Program-made: the position numbers and the translations under genes | Shown: piece after piece, positions 37,105 through 45,785 of the stretch | How positions within the stretch are numbered: position 1 is the first letter of the stretch | How the letters are laid out: each line of letters begins with the position of its first letter | Notes under the pieces: generated by a model | The model's input: only the letters and a program-made list of their open reading frames with translations | What the model was told of the DNA's origin: nothing | Database searches by the model: none | Source of the DNA: an uncultured Candidatus Saccharibacteria bacterium | GTDB lineage: Bacteria; Patescibacteriota; Saccharimonadia; Saccharimonadales; UBA4665 | Direction: 5' to 3' | DNA length: 54,519 nt | Assembly: GCA_964560315.1 (NCBI GenBank) | Contig: CAZLLA010000001.1 | Coordinates: 1 to 54,519 of the forward strand

Positions 37105-37418
37105 AGAACAGTAACATCAACCTCAAACTTGATTTGAAAGCTCTGCCGGACCTTTTAGATTCTATATCGCACCGTGTCAAACGTTACACCGTCATATTGT
37201 TTTCATTATTGCTCTTAGCTGTTTATGGCTTCGTTTTAATGAGAATCAGTTCTCTAATTAACGCTGAACCTAGTGCGTCGGCCATTAGCGCCCAAGCCCA
37301 AACAGTGGCGATACCGCACATCAACCCAAATACCGTACAACAAATCCAGAATCTCCAGAGTAACAGCGTTAACGTTCAGGCACTTTTCAATCAGGCCAGA
37401 ACTAACCCATTCCAGTAG
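37101..37418 (+). CDS. small bitopic protein, last gene of the pilus cluster
   Basis: 105 aa. One TM (YTVILFSLLLLAVYGFVLM). ATGA translational coupling to the pilO-like gene. Confidence 0.5.
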   Translation: MKNSNINLKLDLKALPDLLDSISHRVKRYTVILFSLLLLAVYGFVLMRISSLINAEPSASAISAQAQTVAIPHINPNTVQQIQNLQSNSVNVQALFNQARTNPFQ

Positions 37419-37427
37419 CACTAAATA

Positions 37428-38462
37428 TCACACCAGCGTTGGCTGATTCTGGTTGGCCTGAGATTGCTTTTTACCTAGATGTTTGTAGGCTTTAGGGGTG
37501 GCTTTTCGACCCCGCGGGGTTCTTTCCAGCAAACCGATCTGCATAAGGTATGGTTCAATAAAATCTTCAATAGTTCCCCGTTCTTCAGCCGTTAAAGCTG
37601 CTAGTGTTTCAACACCAACCGGACCGCCCCGGTAATTATCAATAATGGCATTAAGTAGCAACCGATCAACCGGATCAAGACCAAGCTCGTCAATCTCTAA
37701 CATCGCCAAAGCTTTAACACTGATTGACGTGTCAATCATGCCATCGCCGTTGACATCAGCATAGTCGCGCACTCTTTTCAGTAAACGGTTGGCAATTCTT
37801 GGGGTTAAACGTGACCGGCCAGCTAACAGTTCGGTGCCACCCTGATCAATCTTAATGCCTAAGATCTTAGCCGAGCGCTTAATTATCTGGCCGATTTGTT
37901 CCGGTGTATAAAATTCCAGACGGTGAATATGCCCAAAGCGGTCTCTTAGCGGTGCGGCCATGGCTCCTGTTCTGGTTGTCGCCCCGATCAAAGTAAAGTG
38001 TGGTAGGTCAAGCCGCAAACTTCGAGCACTGGGACCTTTGCCGAGCATAATATCGAGTTTGAAATCTTCCATGGCGCTATATAACACCTCTTCGACCGTG
38101 CGATGAAGACGGTGAATCTCATCAATAAACAGAACGTCGCTGTCCTGCAGATTAGTTAGTAAGCTTGCCAAGTCGCCGGCCCTTTCGATAGCTGGGCCGG
38201 AAGTAATTCGAATCTGGGTGCCCAGTTCATGGGCAATAACGCTAGCCATGGTAGTTTTGCCAAGACCAGGAGGCCCATATAAAAGCACATGATCGAGTGG
38301 TTCGTTGCGCTTCTTAGCGGCTTTGACGGCTAGCTGCAAATTTTGCTTTAGACGGTCTTGGCCAATATAGCTGGCAAAATCATGTGGTCTTAAACGAGCT
38401 TCAAATTCTTCTTCGGCTGGACCTTCTGTGGTTGGCTTAGTCGGCGCAATATGCTCAATCAT
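37428..38462 (-). CDS. ruvB: Holliday junction helicase RuvB
   Basis: 344 aa. Walker [10 protein letters not shown], Walker B FIDEIH, RuvB C-terminal winged helix. Confidence 0.95.
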   Translation of the reverse strand: MIEHIAPTKPTTEGPAEEEFEARLRPHDFASYIGQDRLKQNLQLAVKAAKKRNEPLDHVLLYGPPGLGKTTMASVIAHELGTQIRITSGPAIERAGDLASLLTNLQDSDVLFIDEIHRLHRTVEEVLYSAMEDFKLDIMLGKGPSARSLRLDLPHFTLIGATTRTGAMAAPLRDRFGHIHRLEFYTPEQIGQIIKRSAKILGIKIDQGGTELLAGRSRLTPRIANRLLKRVRDYADVNGDGMIDTSISVKALAMLEIDELGLDPVDRLLLNAIIDNYRGGPVGVETLAALTAEERGTIEDFIEPYLMQIGLLERTPRGRKATPKAYKHLGKKQSQANQNQPTLV

Positions 38463-38522
38463 ATGGTCCTATTATACCTTGACAGCTGTTTGTAGACATT
38501 ATTATTTGATAGAAAAGACTCT

Positions 38523-39098
38523 CTACTGCTTCAGGGCCTGTCTGACCCGTTCTTCAACTGGCAATGTCGGATCGACCTTATACAGAGCTGTAATGGCATC
38601 TTGCGGAGAGTAGCCTAGACTAGTCAGGGCTTCAACAGCTTCATCTCGACCGTTGACGCCAGGACGATTGACAATATCCTCAGCTGATTCGCTAGCCAGC
38701 TGTCCAACTTTATCGCGGAGCTCAACGACAATTTGTTCGGCTGCACGTTTGCCCACCCCTTTGGCGCTTTGCAGTAACTTGACATCACCGCCGGCAATGG
38801 CCTGACGAACACTAGTACTACTGCCGATATCTATAACTGCTAGGGCAACTTTTGGTCCAACATTCTTGACACTCAAAAGCTGCTCAAATAGACGTTTTGT
38901 GTCGAGTAACATAAAGCCGTAGAGATCATGATTTTGTTCACGTATATGCTCATAAACGTAAAGTTTAAATTTCTGTCCGGTTATCAATTGCCCGTAGTCT
39001 TCGTTGGTTACAGCTAGCCCGTAGCCGACCCCGCCAACGTCAAGTACAACGACATCCATCGTTTTTTCACTGACAAGTCCCTCGAGTGTCGCAATCAT
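38523..39098 (-). CDS. ruvA: Holliday junction DNA-binding protein RuvA
   Basis: MIATLEGLV start (ATG 39098), two HhH motifs (VKNVGPKVA, AKGVGKRAAE), C-terminal domain III. The 20-codon Cys-rich extension in the ORF track overlaps ruvC. Confidence 0.9.
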   Translation of the reverse strand: MIATLEGLVSEKTMDVVVLDVGGVGYGLAVTNEDYGQLITGQKFKLYVYEHIREQNHDLYGFMLLDTKRLFEQLLSVKNVGPKVALAVIDIGSSTSVRQAIAGGDVKLLQSAKGVGKRAAEQIVVELRDKVGQLASESAEDIVNRPGVNGRDEAVEALTSLGYSPQDAITALYKVDPTLPVEERVRQALKQ

Positions 39099-39106
39099 CT
39101 TCTTTA

Positions 39107-39577
39107 TTATCGCACAGTCTGGGCATGCGTTAGGGCGGCAGCTAAAGCATCGGCACAATCATCTGGCTGTGGCATGTCCTTGAGTTGCAATATAACTCGC
39201 ACCATCTCTTGAATCTGCTTTTTTTCAGCCCGGCCATAACCAGTAATAGCCATTTTGATTTGCAAGGGAGTATACTCAAAAATACTCAATCCGGCTTGCT
39301 TACCGCACAATAGAACTACGCCTCTGGCTTGAGCTACCGTCATGGCGGTCGTAATATTACGGATAAAGAATAGCTTTTCAACCGACATGGTTGTTGGCTT
39401 TGTGGCAGCAATAATATCTGTCAACTCTTCATAAATCGTCTGCAGACGAACGGCATCATCTTGTTTAACCGGTGTTCTTATGACACCGGCGTCAACGAGC
39501 TGAGCCTGGCTACCACTTGTTTCAATGATCCCAAAACCCAAGATACCAGTCCCGGGGTCGATACCTAAAATACGCAT
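39107..39577 (-). CDS. ruvC: crossover junction endodeoxyribonuclease RuvC
   Basis: MRILGIDPGT N-terminus (catalytic Asp). Conserved E, D, D positions. ORF-track start 39595 is possible but less likely. Confidence 0.9.
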   Translation of the reverse strand: MRILGIDPGTGILGFGIIETSGSQAQLVDAGVIRTPVKQDDAVRLQTIYEELTDIIAATKPTTMSVEKLFFIRNITTAMTVAQARGVVLLCGKQAGLSIFEYTPLQIKMAITGYGRAEKKQIQEMVRVILQLKDMPQPDDCADALAAALTHAQTVR

Positions 39578-39607
39578 AAGAACAGTATATGCCAACTGCT
39601 GGCTTTC

Positions 39608-40063
39608 CTAGCGTAGCAAAGGAATCAGAAGCACTATGGCACCTATAAACCAAGCAACTTCAACAACTACTCCGATGGGACGTTCAAACCATTGGATCTG
39701 GCTGGCAAATTTAGAATATAGATTGGGATGATACTTGGTGTGCGCTAGAGCGTGACGATATTTATTAATCGATAATAAATCAGGGGCGGCGGCCAAGAAA
39801 GCGCAGATAACTGCCAGCTGCCAGTTGATAGGCCGATTTATCGCCAGTAGGATTACCAGGCCAAAACAAAGAATAGTATCGAAATATATTAATCGCCGAA
39901 ATAGCGATGACTGAAGTCTTTGATCTTCTGGATCATTCTGCCCATAATGCGGAATAGCATCGCAAACGAAATGTGAGACTATTGCCAATGGTATTGCCGC
40001 TGCTGGCTCAGCAATTGCCAAACCAATAACTGCACCAGTTAAAGCATGATTAATCGCTCGCAT
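39608..40063 (-). CDS. DUF457/YdjM-like membrane-bound putative metal-dependent hydrolase
   Basis: 151 aa, 4 TMs. HALTGAV N-terminus and HFVCDAIPH motif. Confidence 0.55.
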   Translation of the reverse strand: MRAINHALTGAVIGLAIAEPAAAIPLAIVSHFVCDAIPHYGQNDPEDQRLQSSLFRRLIYFDTILCFGLVILLAINRPINWQLAVICAFLAAAPDLLSINKYRHALAHTKYHPNLYSKFASQIQWFERPIGVVVEVAWFIGAIVLLIPLLR

Positions 40064-40077
40064 ATTACTTGAACCTT

Positions 40078-40803
40078 TCAGAGTAAAGCTTCGGGAATGT
40101 CAAAATTGACATGAGTATTGGTGACATCATCGATTTCATCAAGCGCATCCATTAAACGCATGACTTTATCGGCCGTATCCTTATCGCCGACTTCGACAGT
40201 ATTATTTGGGACGTAGGTCATCTCCGAATCCAAGATTCTTAAACCAGCCGTGACTAGATTATCACGTACTTTTGCTAGTTCGGTCGGATTAGTATAAATT
40301 ACCGATTCGTCACCTTCCTCTTGAACGTCCTCAGCCCCCGCATCCAAGGCTTGCATTAATAACTCATCGCCAGTGCCTTGGACTCTAAGTAGGCCTTTTC
40401 GATCAAACTGAAAGGCGACTGCCCCTTTTTCGGCCAAACGGCCACCGTGCTTAGAAAAAGCTAATCGAACATCTGGGTAAGTTCGATTAAGATTGTCTGT
40501 CGCGCATTCAACCAGGATTGCTACACCGCCCGGTCCGTAACCCTCGTACATGACTTCTTGAATCTGTGATCCACCGAGTTTACCGGAACCACGATCAATC
40601 GAGCGCTGAATGTTGGCCGCTGGCATGTTAGAGGCACGGGCTTTATCGATGGCTAATCGTAATGCAAAGTTAGTCTCCGGATCAGAACCCCCGCGAGCAG
40701 CTACAGCTATAGTGTTGCCCAACTTCGTAAATATGGCACCTCTAACCGCGTCTTTACTGGCCTTTTGCCGTTTTATCGTTGACCACTTGCTATGACCTGA
40801 CAT
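40078..40803 (-). CDS. yebC: YebC/PmpR family DNA-binding regulator
   Basis: MSGHSKWSTIKRQKA...YEGYGPGGVAI, diagnostic YebC sequence. Confidence 0.95.
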   Translation of the reverse strand: MSGHSKWSTIKRQKASKDAVRGAIFTKLGNTIAVAARGGSDPETNFALRLAIDKARASNMPAANIQRSIDRGSGKLGGSQIQEVMYEGYGPGGVAILVECATDNLNRTYPDVRLAFSKHGGRLAEKGAVAFQFDRKGLLRVQGTGDELLMQALDAGAEDVQEEGDESVIYTNPTELAKVRDNLVTAGLRILDSEMTYVPNNTVEVGDKDTADKVMRLMDALDEIDDVTNTHVNFDIPEALL

Positions 40804-41018
40804 TTCTCATAAACCTCGGGATTAAACTATCAATAATGTTAAAACTTAACGATTTCTCGTTAATGTGAGTATGTGTGACTAATGCGACCCGGTCGTTAGC
40901 TGACCAGATTTATCATATAGCATTGCTGTTACCTTATTCAAATGCGCAGTTCACTTTTTATTCTTATAGCACTAAACCGTTTGTTGCAACCAATAGTCAT
41001 TGTTGAGTTTCCGATCAT

Positions 41019-42311
41019 ATGCTTGCTCTATTGCGCTTTAAAGTTATACATTTGGAGAATAAACCTAATGTGTTTAAATACCTACAGATGGCTACATTCT
41101 TGTTAGTTGGTAAAAGTTTTTTTCGGCTACGTGATTATCTAGATAAACATAATCATACTTACGTGACACTCCTGGATCAGCTTGCAACAAAAGCTCACAG
41201 GTCAGATAACACAATTGTCTGTGATTTTTCATCAATAGAAACGGTTATTGATACGGTTAAAATAATCGATAAACAATTCCATATTGATGGAATAATTGCG
41301 ATATACGAGAACTATATACTTACTGCCGCACATATAGCTAAAAGTCTTAACCTACCAGGATTACCCATCGGCGCGGCTGAGGCTTGTACGGATAAACAAT
41401 TAATGAGACAGCTATTTGCGCAAGCACCGGAAAAGATTAGTCCAGAATTTAGGCAAGTCAGAAATAAGGATGATTTAATAGAATTCGCTAATAGCCATAA
41501 TTTTCCGCTAATTCTTAAGCCAACTAACTTAGCTAAAAGTCTATTGGTCACAAAAGCCAATAGTAAAGACGGGCTGCTAGAAAATTATGATCATGCAATT
41601 AATCAAATAGCCGACGTTTATAAGAAATATGCCCCCAACCGTACCCCTAAACTACTGGTTGAGGAATTTATTGAAGGTAGCATTCATTCGGTAGATGCTT
41701 TTATAGATCAATCCGGTGAAGTTCACGTTCTTAAAGAGGTTGTTGATTATGAGACAGGCCAGGAAATTGGCTACAATGACAACTTCCACTACAGCCGGAC
41801 CTTACCTTCTAAACTAAAAAATGAAGACATAGAAGCCATTAGACATTGCGCCGTTGTTGGGTGTCATTCGCTTGGAATGCTAAGTTCCCCTGCACACGTA
41901 GAAGTAATTCTTAGCAAAGATGGCCCTCGGGTAGTTGAAATTGGAGCTCGAAATGGCGGTTACCGAGAACGAATGTACGATTTTGCCAATGGGATAGACA
42001 TTGTTGGCAATGCAATCTCAGTAGCTCTAGGGAATAAGCCAAGCATAAAAGCTAAATATAATTTTCCATGCGTAACACTAGAACTATTTCCCAAAAATGA
42101 TGGAATTTTTCTAGATATCGCAAACGAAAATGAGTTAGAAAAACTACCTTCACTGGCTTATTATAATTCAAAAGTAAAACCAGGAGATTTTGTAGGAAAA
42201 TCGTCGGCTGGCTACAAAGCTTGTGCAGTAATAATCTTACATAACAGAGATGTTTCAAAGTTTGAAAAAGACTATTCTTATGTGCGAAATAACGTTCGTG
42301 TCCAAACCTGA
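41019..42311 (+). CDS. ATP-grasp carboxylate-amine ligase family protein
   Basis: 430-aa ORF. ATP-grasp motifs PLILKPTN, LVEEFIEGSIHSVDAF, HVEVILSKDGPRVVEIGARNGG. Start uncertain (ATG 41019, GTG 41070 or ATG 41088). Confidence 0.7.
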   Translation: MLALLRFKVIHLENKPNVFKYLQMATFLLVGKSFFRLRDYLDKHNHTYVTLLDQLATKAHRSDNTIVCDFSSIETVIDTVKIIDKQFHIDGIIAIYENYILTAAHIAKSLNLPGLPIGAAEACTDKQLMRQLFAQAPEKISPEFRQVRNKDDLIEFANSHNFPLILKPTNLAKSLLVTKANSKDGLLENYDHAINQIADVYKKYAPNRTPKLLVEEFIEGSIHSVDAFIDQSGEVHVLKEVVDYETGQEIGYNDNFHYSRTLPSKLKNEDIEAIRHCAVVGCHSLGMLSSPAHVEVILSKDGPRVVEIGARNGGYRERMYDFANGIDIVGNAISVALGNKPSIKAKYNFPCVTLELFPKNDGIFLDIANENELEKLPSLAYYNSKVKPGDFVGKSSAGYKACAVIILHNRDVSKFEKDYSYVRNNVRVQT

Positions 42312-42450
42312 TACTGAAGATTGTTCTTAGACTGAAATATTTTTTACATATTTGGAGTGCAGCCAGTGATAATTTACGCTCCTTGCTTGATGAAATGCAA
42401 CGTTGGAGGGGTATTATTGGAGATGAGTACCTAGCAAAAAAGCACACATA

Positions 42451-43377
42451 TTAGATATTTTTCTCAAGTGAATTCATTAAATTACTTAAATCAAGTTTAT
42501 ATTGAGTTAATTGCTCGCTCTTCATTTCGTGATTGGATTGGTATAGTTTCCAATAGAGATAGACGGCCGCTCCGAGTTTATCCAAGTTAAGCCACACTTT
42601 TAGTCTCTCGTAGTTAAGGTGACCTCCCGCATCTTTATAGGCACCGAGTAATGCCTCACGTTCATTGTCTTTGATATGAACACGCCACTTGCCTTTGTTG
42701 TACTCCATATCTTCATAAAACATAGTGGAGAAGTCTGACATCGGGTCTTTGAATTTAGAGAACTCCCAATCTATTAAAGAAATCCTGCTTTCGTTTGCGA
42801 GCATATTGTTTAATGTCACGTCACCATGTATTAAAGAAGCTCTTAAAGACATAGCTGGTCGGGATTTGAAGTAATCACGCGCTCTATTAATGAGGGTTTT
42901 TAGTCGTTCGTCGGGATGGCTTAGAAGAAATGCTTCGTCACCAAAATGCACACTTGCCTCTAGAAAATCATTCCAATAATCAAGTATCGTTTGGTGCTCA
43001 CTTTTTACTTCGTGTACTTTGGCAAGCAATTCACCGATTGATTCAAATTGTTCTATAGTTAGGCTATCGGGCGTTTTGCCACTTATGTAAGTTTCTAAAA
43101 TCCAAGCTCTGTCTTTTATTCTGTTTTCTTCATTGAAGTAAAGAAGTTTTGGAGCTTGGTCAGTATCAATCAGTGACAATGCCCTGGCCTCTTGTTTCAG
43201 AGTATTAACATCATGATATCTGGTTATTCGTAAAATAACCTTCTGCAAAGAACAGTCCAATATAAGCGTATCGTTAACTTCTCCGCCGCCAAGAGCAGTA
43301 CATTTACCAGTAAATCCAGTAACTTTGGCAGTATCAAGCAAGTTTTGAATATCTTTAATGTTTATATCAACGGGCAT
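42451..43377 (-). CDS. APH/choline-kinase family small-molecule phosphotransferase
   Basis: 308 aa. Catalytic loop LIHGDVTLNNML and IDWEFS motif. Extended -10 TGTTATCAT lies 6 nt from the ATG. Confidence 0.75.
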   Translation of the reverse strand: MPVDINIKDIQNLLDTAKVTGFTGKCTALGGGEVNDTLILDCSLQKVILRITRYHDVNTLKQEARALSLIDTDQAPKLLYFNEENRIKDRAWILETYISGKTPDSLTIEQFESIGELLAKVHEVKSEHQTILDYWNDFLEASVHFGDEAFLLSHPDERLKTLINRARDYFKSRPAMSLRASLIHGDVTLNNMLANESRISLIDWEFSKFKDPMSDFSTMFYEDMEYNKGKWRVHIKDNEREALLGAYKDAGGHLNYERLKVWLNLDKLGAAVYLYWKLYQSNHEMKSEQLTQYKLDLSNLMNSLEKNI

Positions 43378-43440
43378 AAAGACATGATAACAGAGCGATA
43401 ATCAATTTGATGTAAACGGCTCAACGGGTGGTGTTTAAAT

Positions 43441-43475
43441 TTAACAGATATAAATTCTAAATGGAGGGCCATCGT
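43441..43475 (+). repeat. short copy of repeat TTAACAGATA...TGGAGGGCCATCGT (tRNA-Lys 3'-end-like)
   Basis: TTAACAGATA at 43441-43450 and TGGAGGGCCATCGT at 43462-43475, both exact matches to the copy at 44615-44701. Followed by hairpin TCGTA-N8-TACGA (43472-43489). Confidence 0.7.
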
Positions 43476-43549
43476 AGAATTAAGTACGACGAAAATCCGA
43501 GGAAGTTACGGATTATTTATTGCTAGTGAACAAGCAGTATAATTAACCC

Positions 43550-44608
43550 ATGAACGTAAAAGGTGTTAATTACGATGTAGGCACAGTAATGGGTGTAAAC
43601 TGGCGACCTGACTACGACCCAAATACCGTTCAGAAAGAACTAGAGATTATTCAAAAAGACTTGCACTGTAACTCTGTTGGTATTAGCGGTAAGGACATTG
43701 GACGTGTGATGTTGACTGCCGAAGCTGCGCTAAGTTTAGGTTTAGAAGCCTGGCTAAATCCAGCAGATTGGGGTAATAAGCCCCCTGAGCCTACACTTTC
43801 TTATATTACTGAAGCCGCTAAGGCCGCACAGCCACTGCATGAACACTATCCAGGTAAAGTAGTATTTAGTCTAGGTTCGGAATTTACGCTATTTATGCAA
43901 GGTATCATAGAAGGTAGAACTTTTATGGCACGAGCAAAAAACCTTAGTCAAGGTGGTGCTGGTATTAAAGAGGGTAAACACAATCAACCACTTAACGACT
44001 TTTTAACCAAAGCTGTTTCAGAAGTACGAAAGGTCTTTAGTGGGCAAGTTATGTATCGTTCGCTGGTTTGGGAGCAAGTTGATTGGAGTATCTTTGACGT
44101 AATTGGCGTTGACCACTATTGGGCTGAAAAGATAAAAGACCAGTATATAGATATGGTGAAGCCTTTGTTTACTTATAATAAGCCAGTTATTAACACAGGG
44201 TTTGGTTTTAACACTACATCTTCACCCGTCACTGGAATGCTGTCATCACTTGGTCATGAACCCTCCGTCCTACTACACCAAGTACCAGTAGTTGGACGAT
44301 TTATTAGGCCTAAGCTCAAAGTTATTGAGGAACGTGATGAAGCACTCCAAGCGAAACGCTTAATTGATAACCTGAAGCTTATTGATAGGGCTGGTTTTAG
44401 TGGTGCGTTTATGGATATGTTTATATTCCCAATAAGACCTTATAGCGATACGCCAAAATATGACTTAGATAGGGCGAGTTCAAGTCTGGTGAAATACTTT
44501 GAAGGCGGCAGGCACGGCACCACCTATCCGGACATGACTTGGGAACCAAAAGAAGCGTTCAAAGCAGTAGCTAATTATTATGATTCATCTAGACCCACCA
44601 AGGACTAG
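43550..44608 (+). CDS. hypothetical protein, possibly (beta/alpha)8 glycoside-hydrolase-like fold
   Basis: 352-aa ORF. GVNYD N-terminus, LGSEF and VINTGFGF strand-end patterns reminiscent of clan GH-A, with no clear nucleophile Glu. TATAAT (43538-43543) lies 6 nt from the ATG. Confidence 0.35.
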   Translation: MNVKGVNYDVGTVMGVNWRPDYDPNTVQKELEIIQKDLHCNSVGISGKDIGRVMLTAEAALSLGLEAWLNPADWGNKPPEPTLSYITEAAKAAQPLHEHYPGKVVFSLGSEFTLFMQGIIEGRTFMARAKNLSQGGAGIKEGKHNQPLNDFLTKAVSEVRKVFSGQVMYRSLVWEQVDWSIFDVIGVDHYWAEKIKDQYIDMVKPLFTYNKPVINTGFGFNTTSSPVTGMLSSLGHEPSVLLHQVPVVGRFIRPKLKVIEERDEALQAKRLIDNLKLIDRAGFSGAFMDMFIFPIRPYSDTPKYDLDRASSSLVKYFEGGRHGTTYPDMTWEPKEAFKAVANYYDSSRPTKD

Positions 44609-44614
44609 AATTTT

Positions 44615-44701
44615 TTAACAGATAGGAATGAAGCTCTAAAAACAACAATTCCGACTTAGAGACTAATTCTCATCTGTTAGCAACTTTTGGAGGGCCATCG
44701 T
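44615..44701 (+). repeat. long copy of repeat TTAACAGATA...TGGAGGGCCATCGT with internal inverted repeats
   Basis: Same end motifs as 43441-43475. The 63-nt insert carries TAACAGAT/ATCTGTTA (44616-44623 / 44672-44679), GGAAT/ATTCC and CTCTAA/TTAGAG pairings. Confidence 0.7.
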
Positions 44702-44779
44702 GAACGCTGTAGCAACCAAGCTTAAGGAGAATAAAGAACTATTTATTATAGAACTATCAAATGATGGCTTAAACCATCG

Positions 44780-45766
44780 CTACACTTCGCTTATGACTTC
44801 AAAGCCCTTGAAGCTGCCAGTAATTGCAAGCCCGATAATTTGACCCCTGCATAGCCCTCTTTGGCGTATCTTCTTAGCTGTTTCATTGAGAGTAGAGCCT
44901 GACCCGACAGCGTCATCTATGAGCAAAATATTGCTATAACTACCGCTAGCTTCAACAACAATTGTTTCCCTGGCATTTATAACTCTGTCTTCAATTTTAT
45001 TTAGAGTCTTTTGCGGTACGGCTACTGGAGTTTTAACTTTATTAATTACTAAGGTTCTTGTGTCAAGATTTAGCCTTTTTTGAATTTGCCTTATAAGTTG
45101 CAGTTCCCTTTTAACCGTAGGTGGTATAAATCCGACGCCATCAACGTTATACTCTTTAATTACTTTTAGAACAGATGGTTTAATAATGTCCGCCAGTTCG
45201 TTGATTAGTTTTCTGTTTTGGCTCTGCTTGGCAAACAGCAGGAGCTGGCCAAGCTTTGTTTTCCCAAATATTTCTGTAGCATAGAAATCAATATAAAAAA
45301 CCTTGTTTAGAGCAACCTCGTCAAAGGTTGACTTCATCTTGTACATTCCGTCAATGAGACCTTGTTTAGCATATTTTTGGTATTTATTGACCGTCTTTTT
45401 ATACGTAATGGCAGTCTTTACAGGGTCAAGTTTTCTTTCCTGGCACCAAACGAAAAAGCCATCCAAACCCGCTAGCATAGTTCCTCTAGGTGTAATGTAC
45501 AAAAAATTGTCTTTAATTGTTCGTTGTGTAATTTTATCAATTGATCTAAGTCGATCATCAACTTTTTGATTTGTATTAGTGTCGGATCGGATGAAGTAAT
45601 AAACCTTAGGTGGCTTCCCCGTTTTTACGACCACACCACCTTCCAGCAATGTTTTTAGTTGCTTCCTAACTGCACGGTCAGTTATAGATAGATAGTCTAC
45701 GAGCTCGGATCCTGTTACTTGACCATGCTGTTCAATATACTTAGTTATTTTCTGTGACGTATTCAT
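44780..45766 (-). CDS. winged-HTH domain fused to ComF-like phosphoribosyltransferase
   Basis: 328 aa. N-terminal wHTH (GQVTGSELVDYLSITDRAVRKQLKTLLEGG). C-terminal PRTase loop ILLIDDAVGSGSTLNE, preceded by a ComF-like middle region (DGVGFIPPTVKRE...). Confidence 0.65.
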   Translation of the reverse strand: MNTSQKITKYIEQHGQVTGSELVDYLSITDRAVRKQLKTLLEGGVVVKTGKPPKVYYFIRSDTNTNQKVDDRLRSIDKITQRTIKDNFLYITPRGTMLAGLDGFFVWCQERKLDPVKTAITYKKTVNKYQKYAKQGLIDGMYKMKSTFDEVALNKVFYIDFYATEIFGKTKLGQLLLFAKQSQNRKLINELADIIKPSVLKVIKEYNVDGVGFIPPTVKRELQLIRQIQKRLNLDTRTLVINKVKTPVAVPQKTLNKIEDRVINARETIVVEASGSYSNILLIDDAVGSGSTLNETAKKIRQRGLCRGQIIGLAITGSFKGFEVISEV

Positions 45767-45785
45767 GCTGTTAGTGTAACATAAA

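Noticed and set aside
28357-37418. The missing secretin (pilQ) as a sign of mis-assembly or gene loss.
   Set aside because: This is expected for a monoderm-type envelope. The cluster is contiguous and translationally coupled, with no gap where pilQ would sit.
39099-39158. Cys-rich 20-residue N-terminal extension of RuvA (MCRCFSCRPNACPDC...), which could look like a zinc-finger fusion.
   Set aside because: The extension overlaps the 3' end of ruvC. The canonical RuvA N-terminus MIATLEG begins at ATG 39098, so the upstream part is an ORF-finder artefact.
42052-42447. 131-aa minus-strand ORF spanning the ATP-grasp 3' end and the 42312-42450 gap.
   Set aside because: It mostly overlaps the well-supported ATP-grasp gene, has odd composition (Cys/Phe/Leu/Lys-rich), and has no recognisable motif or start signals.
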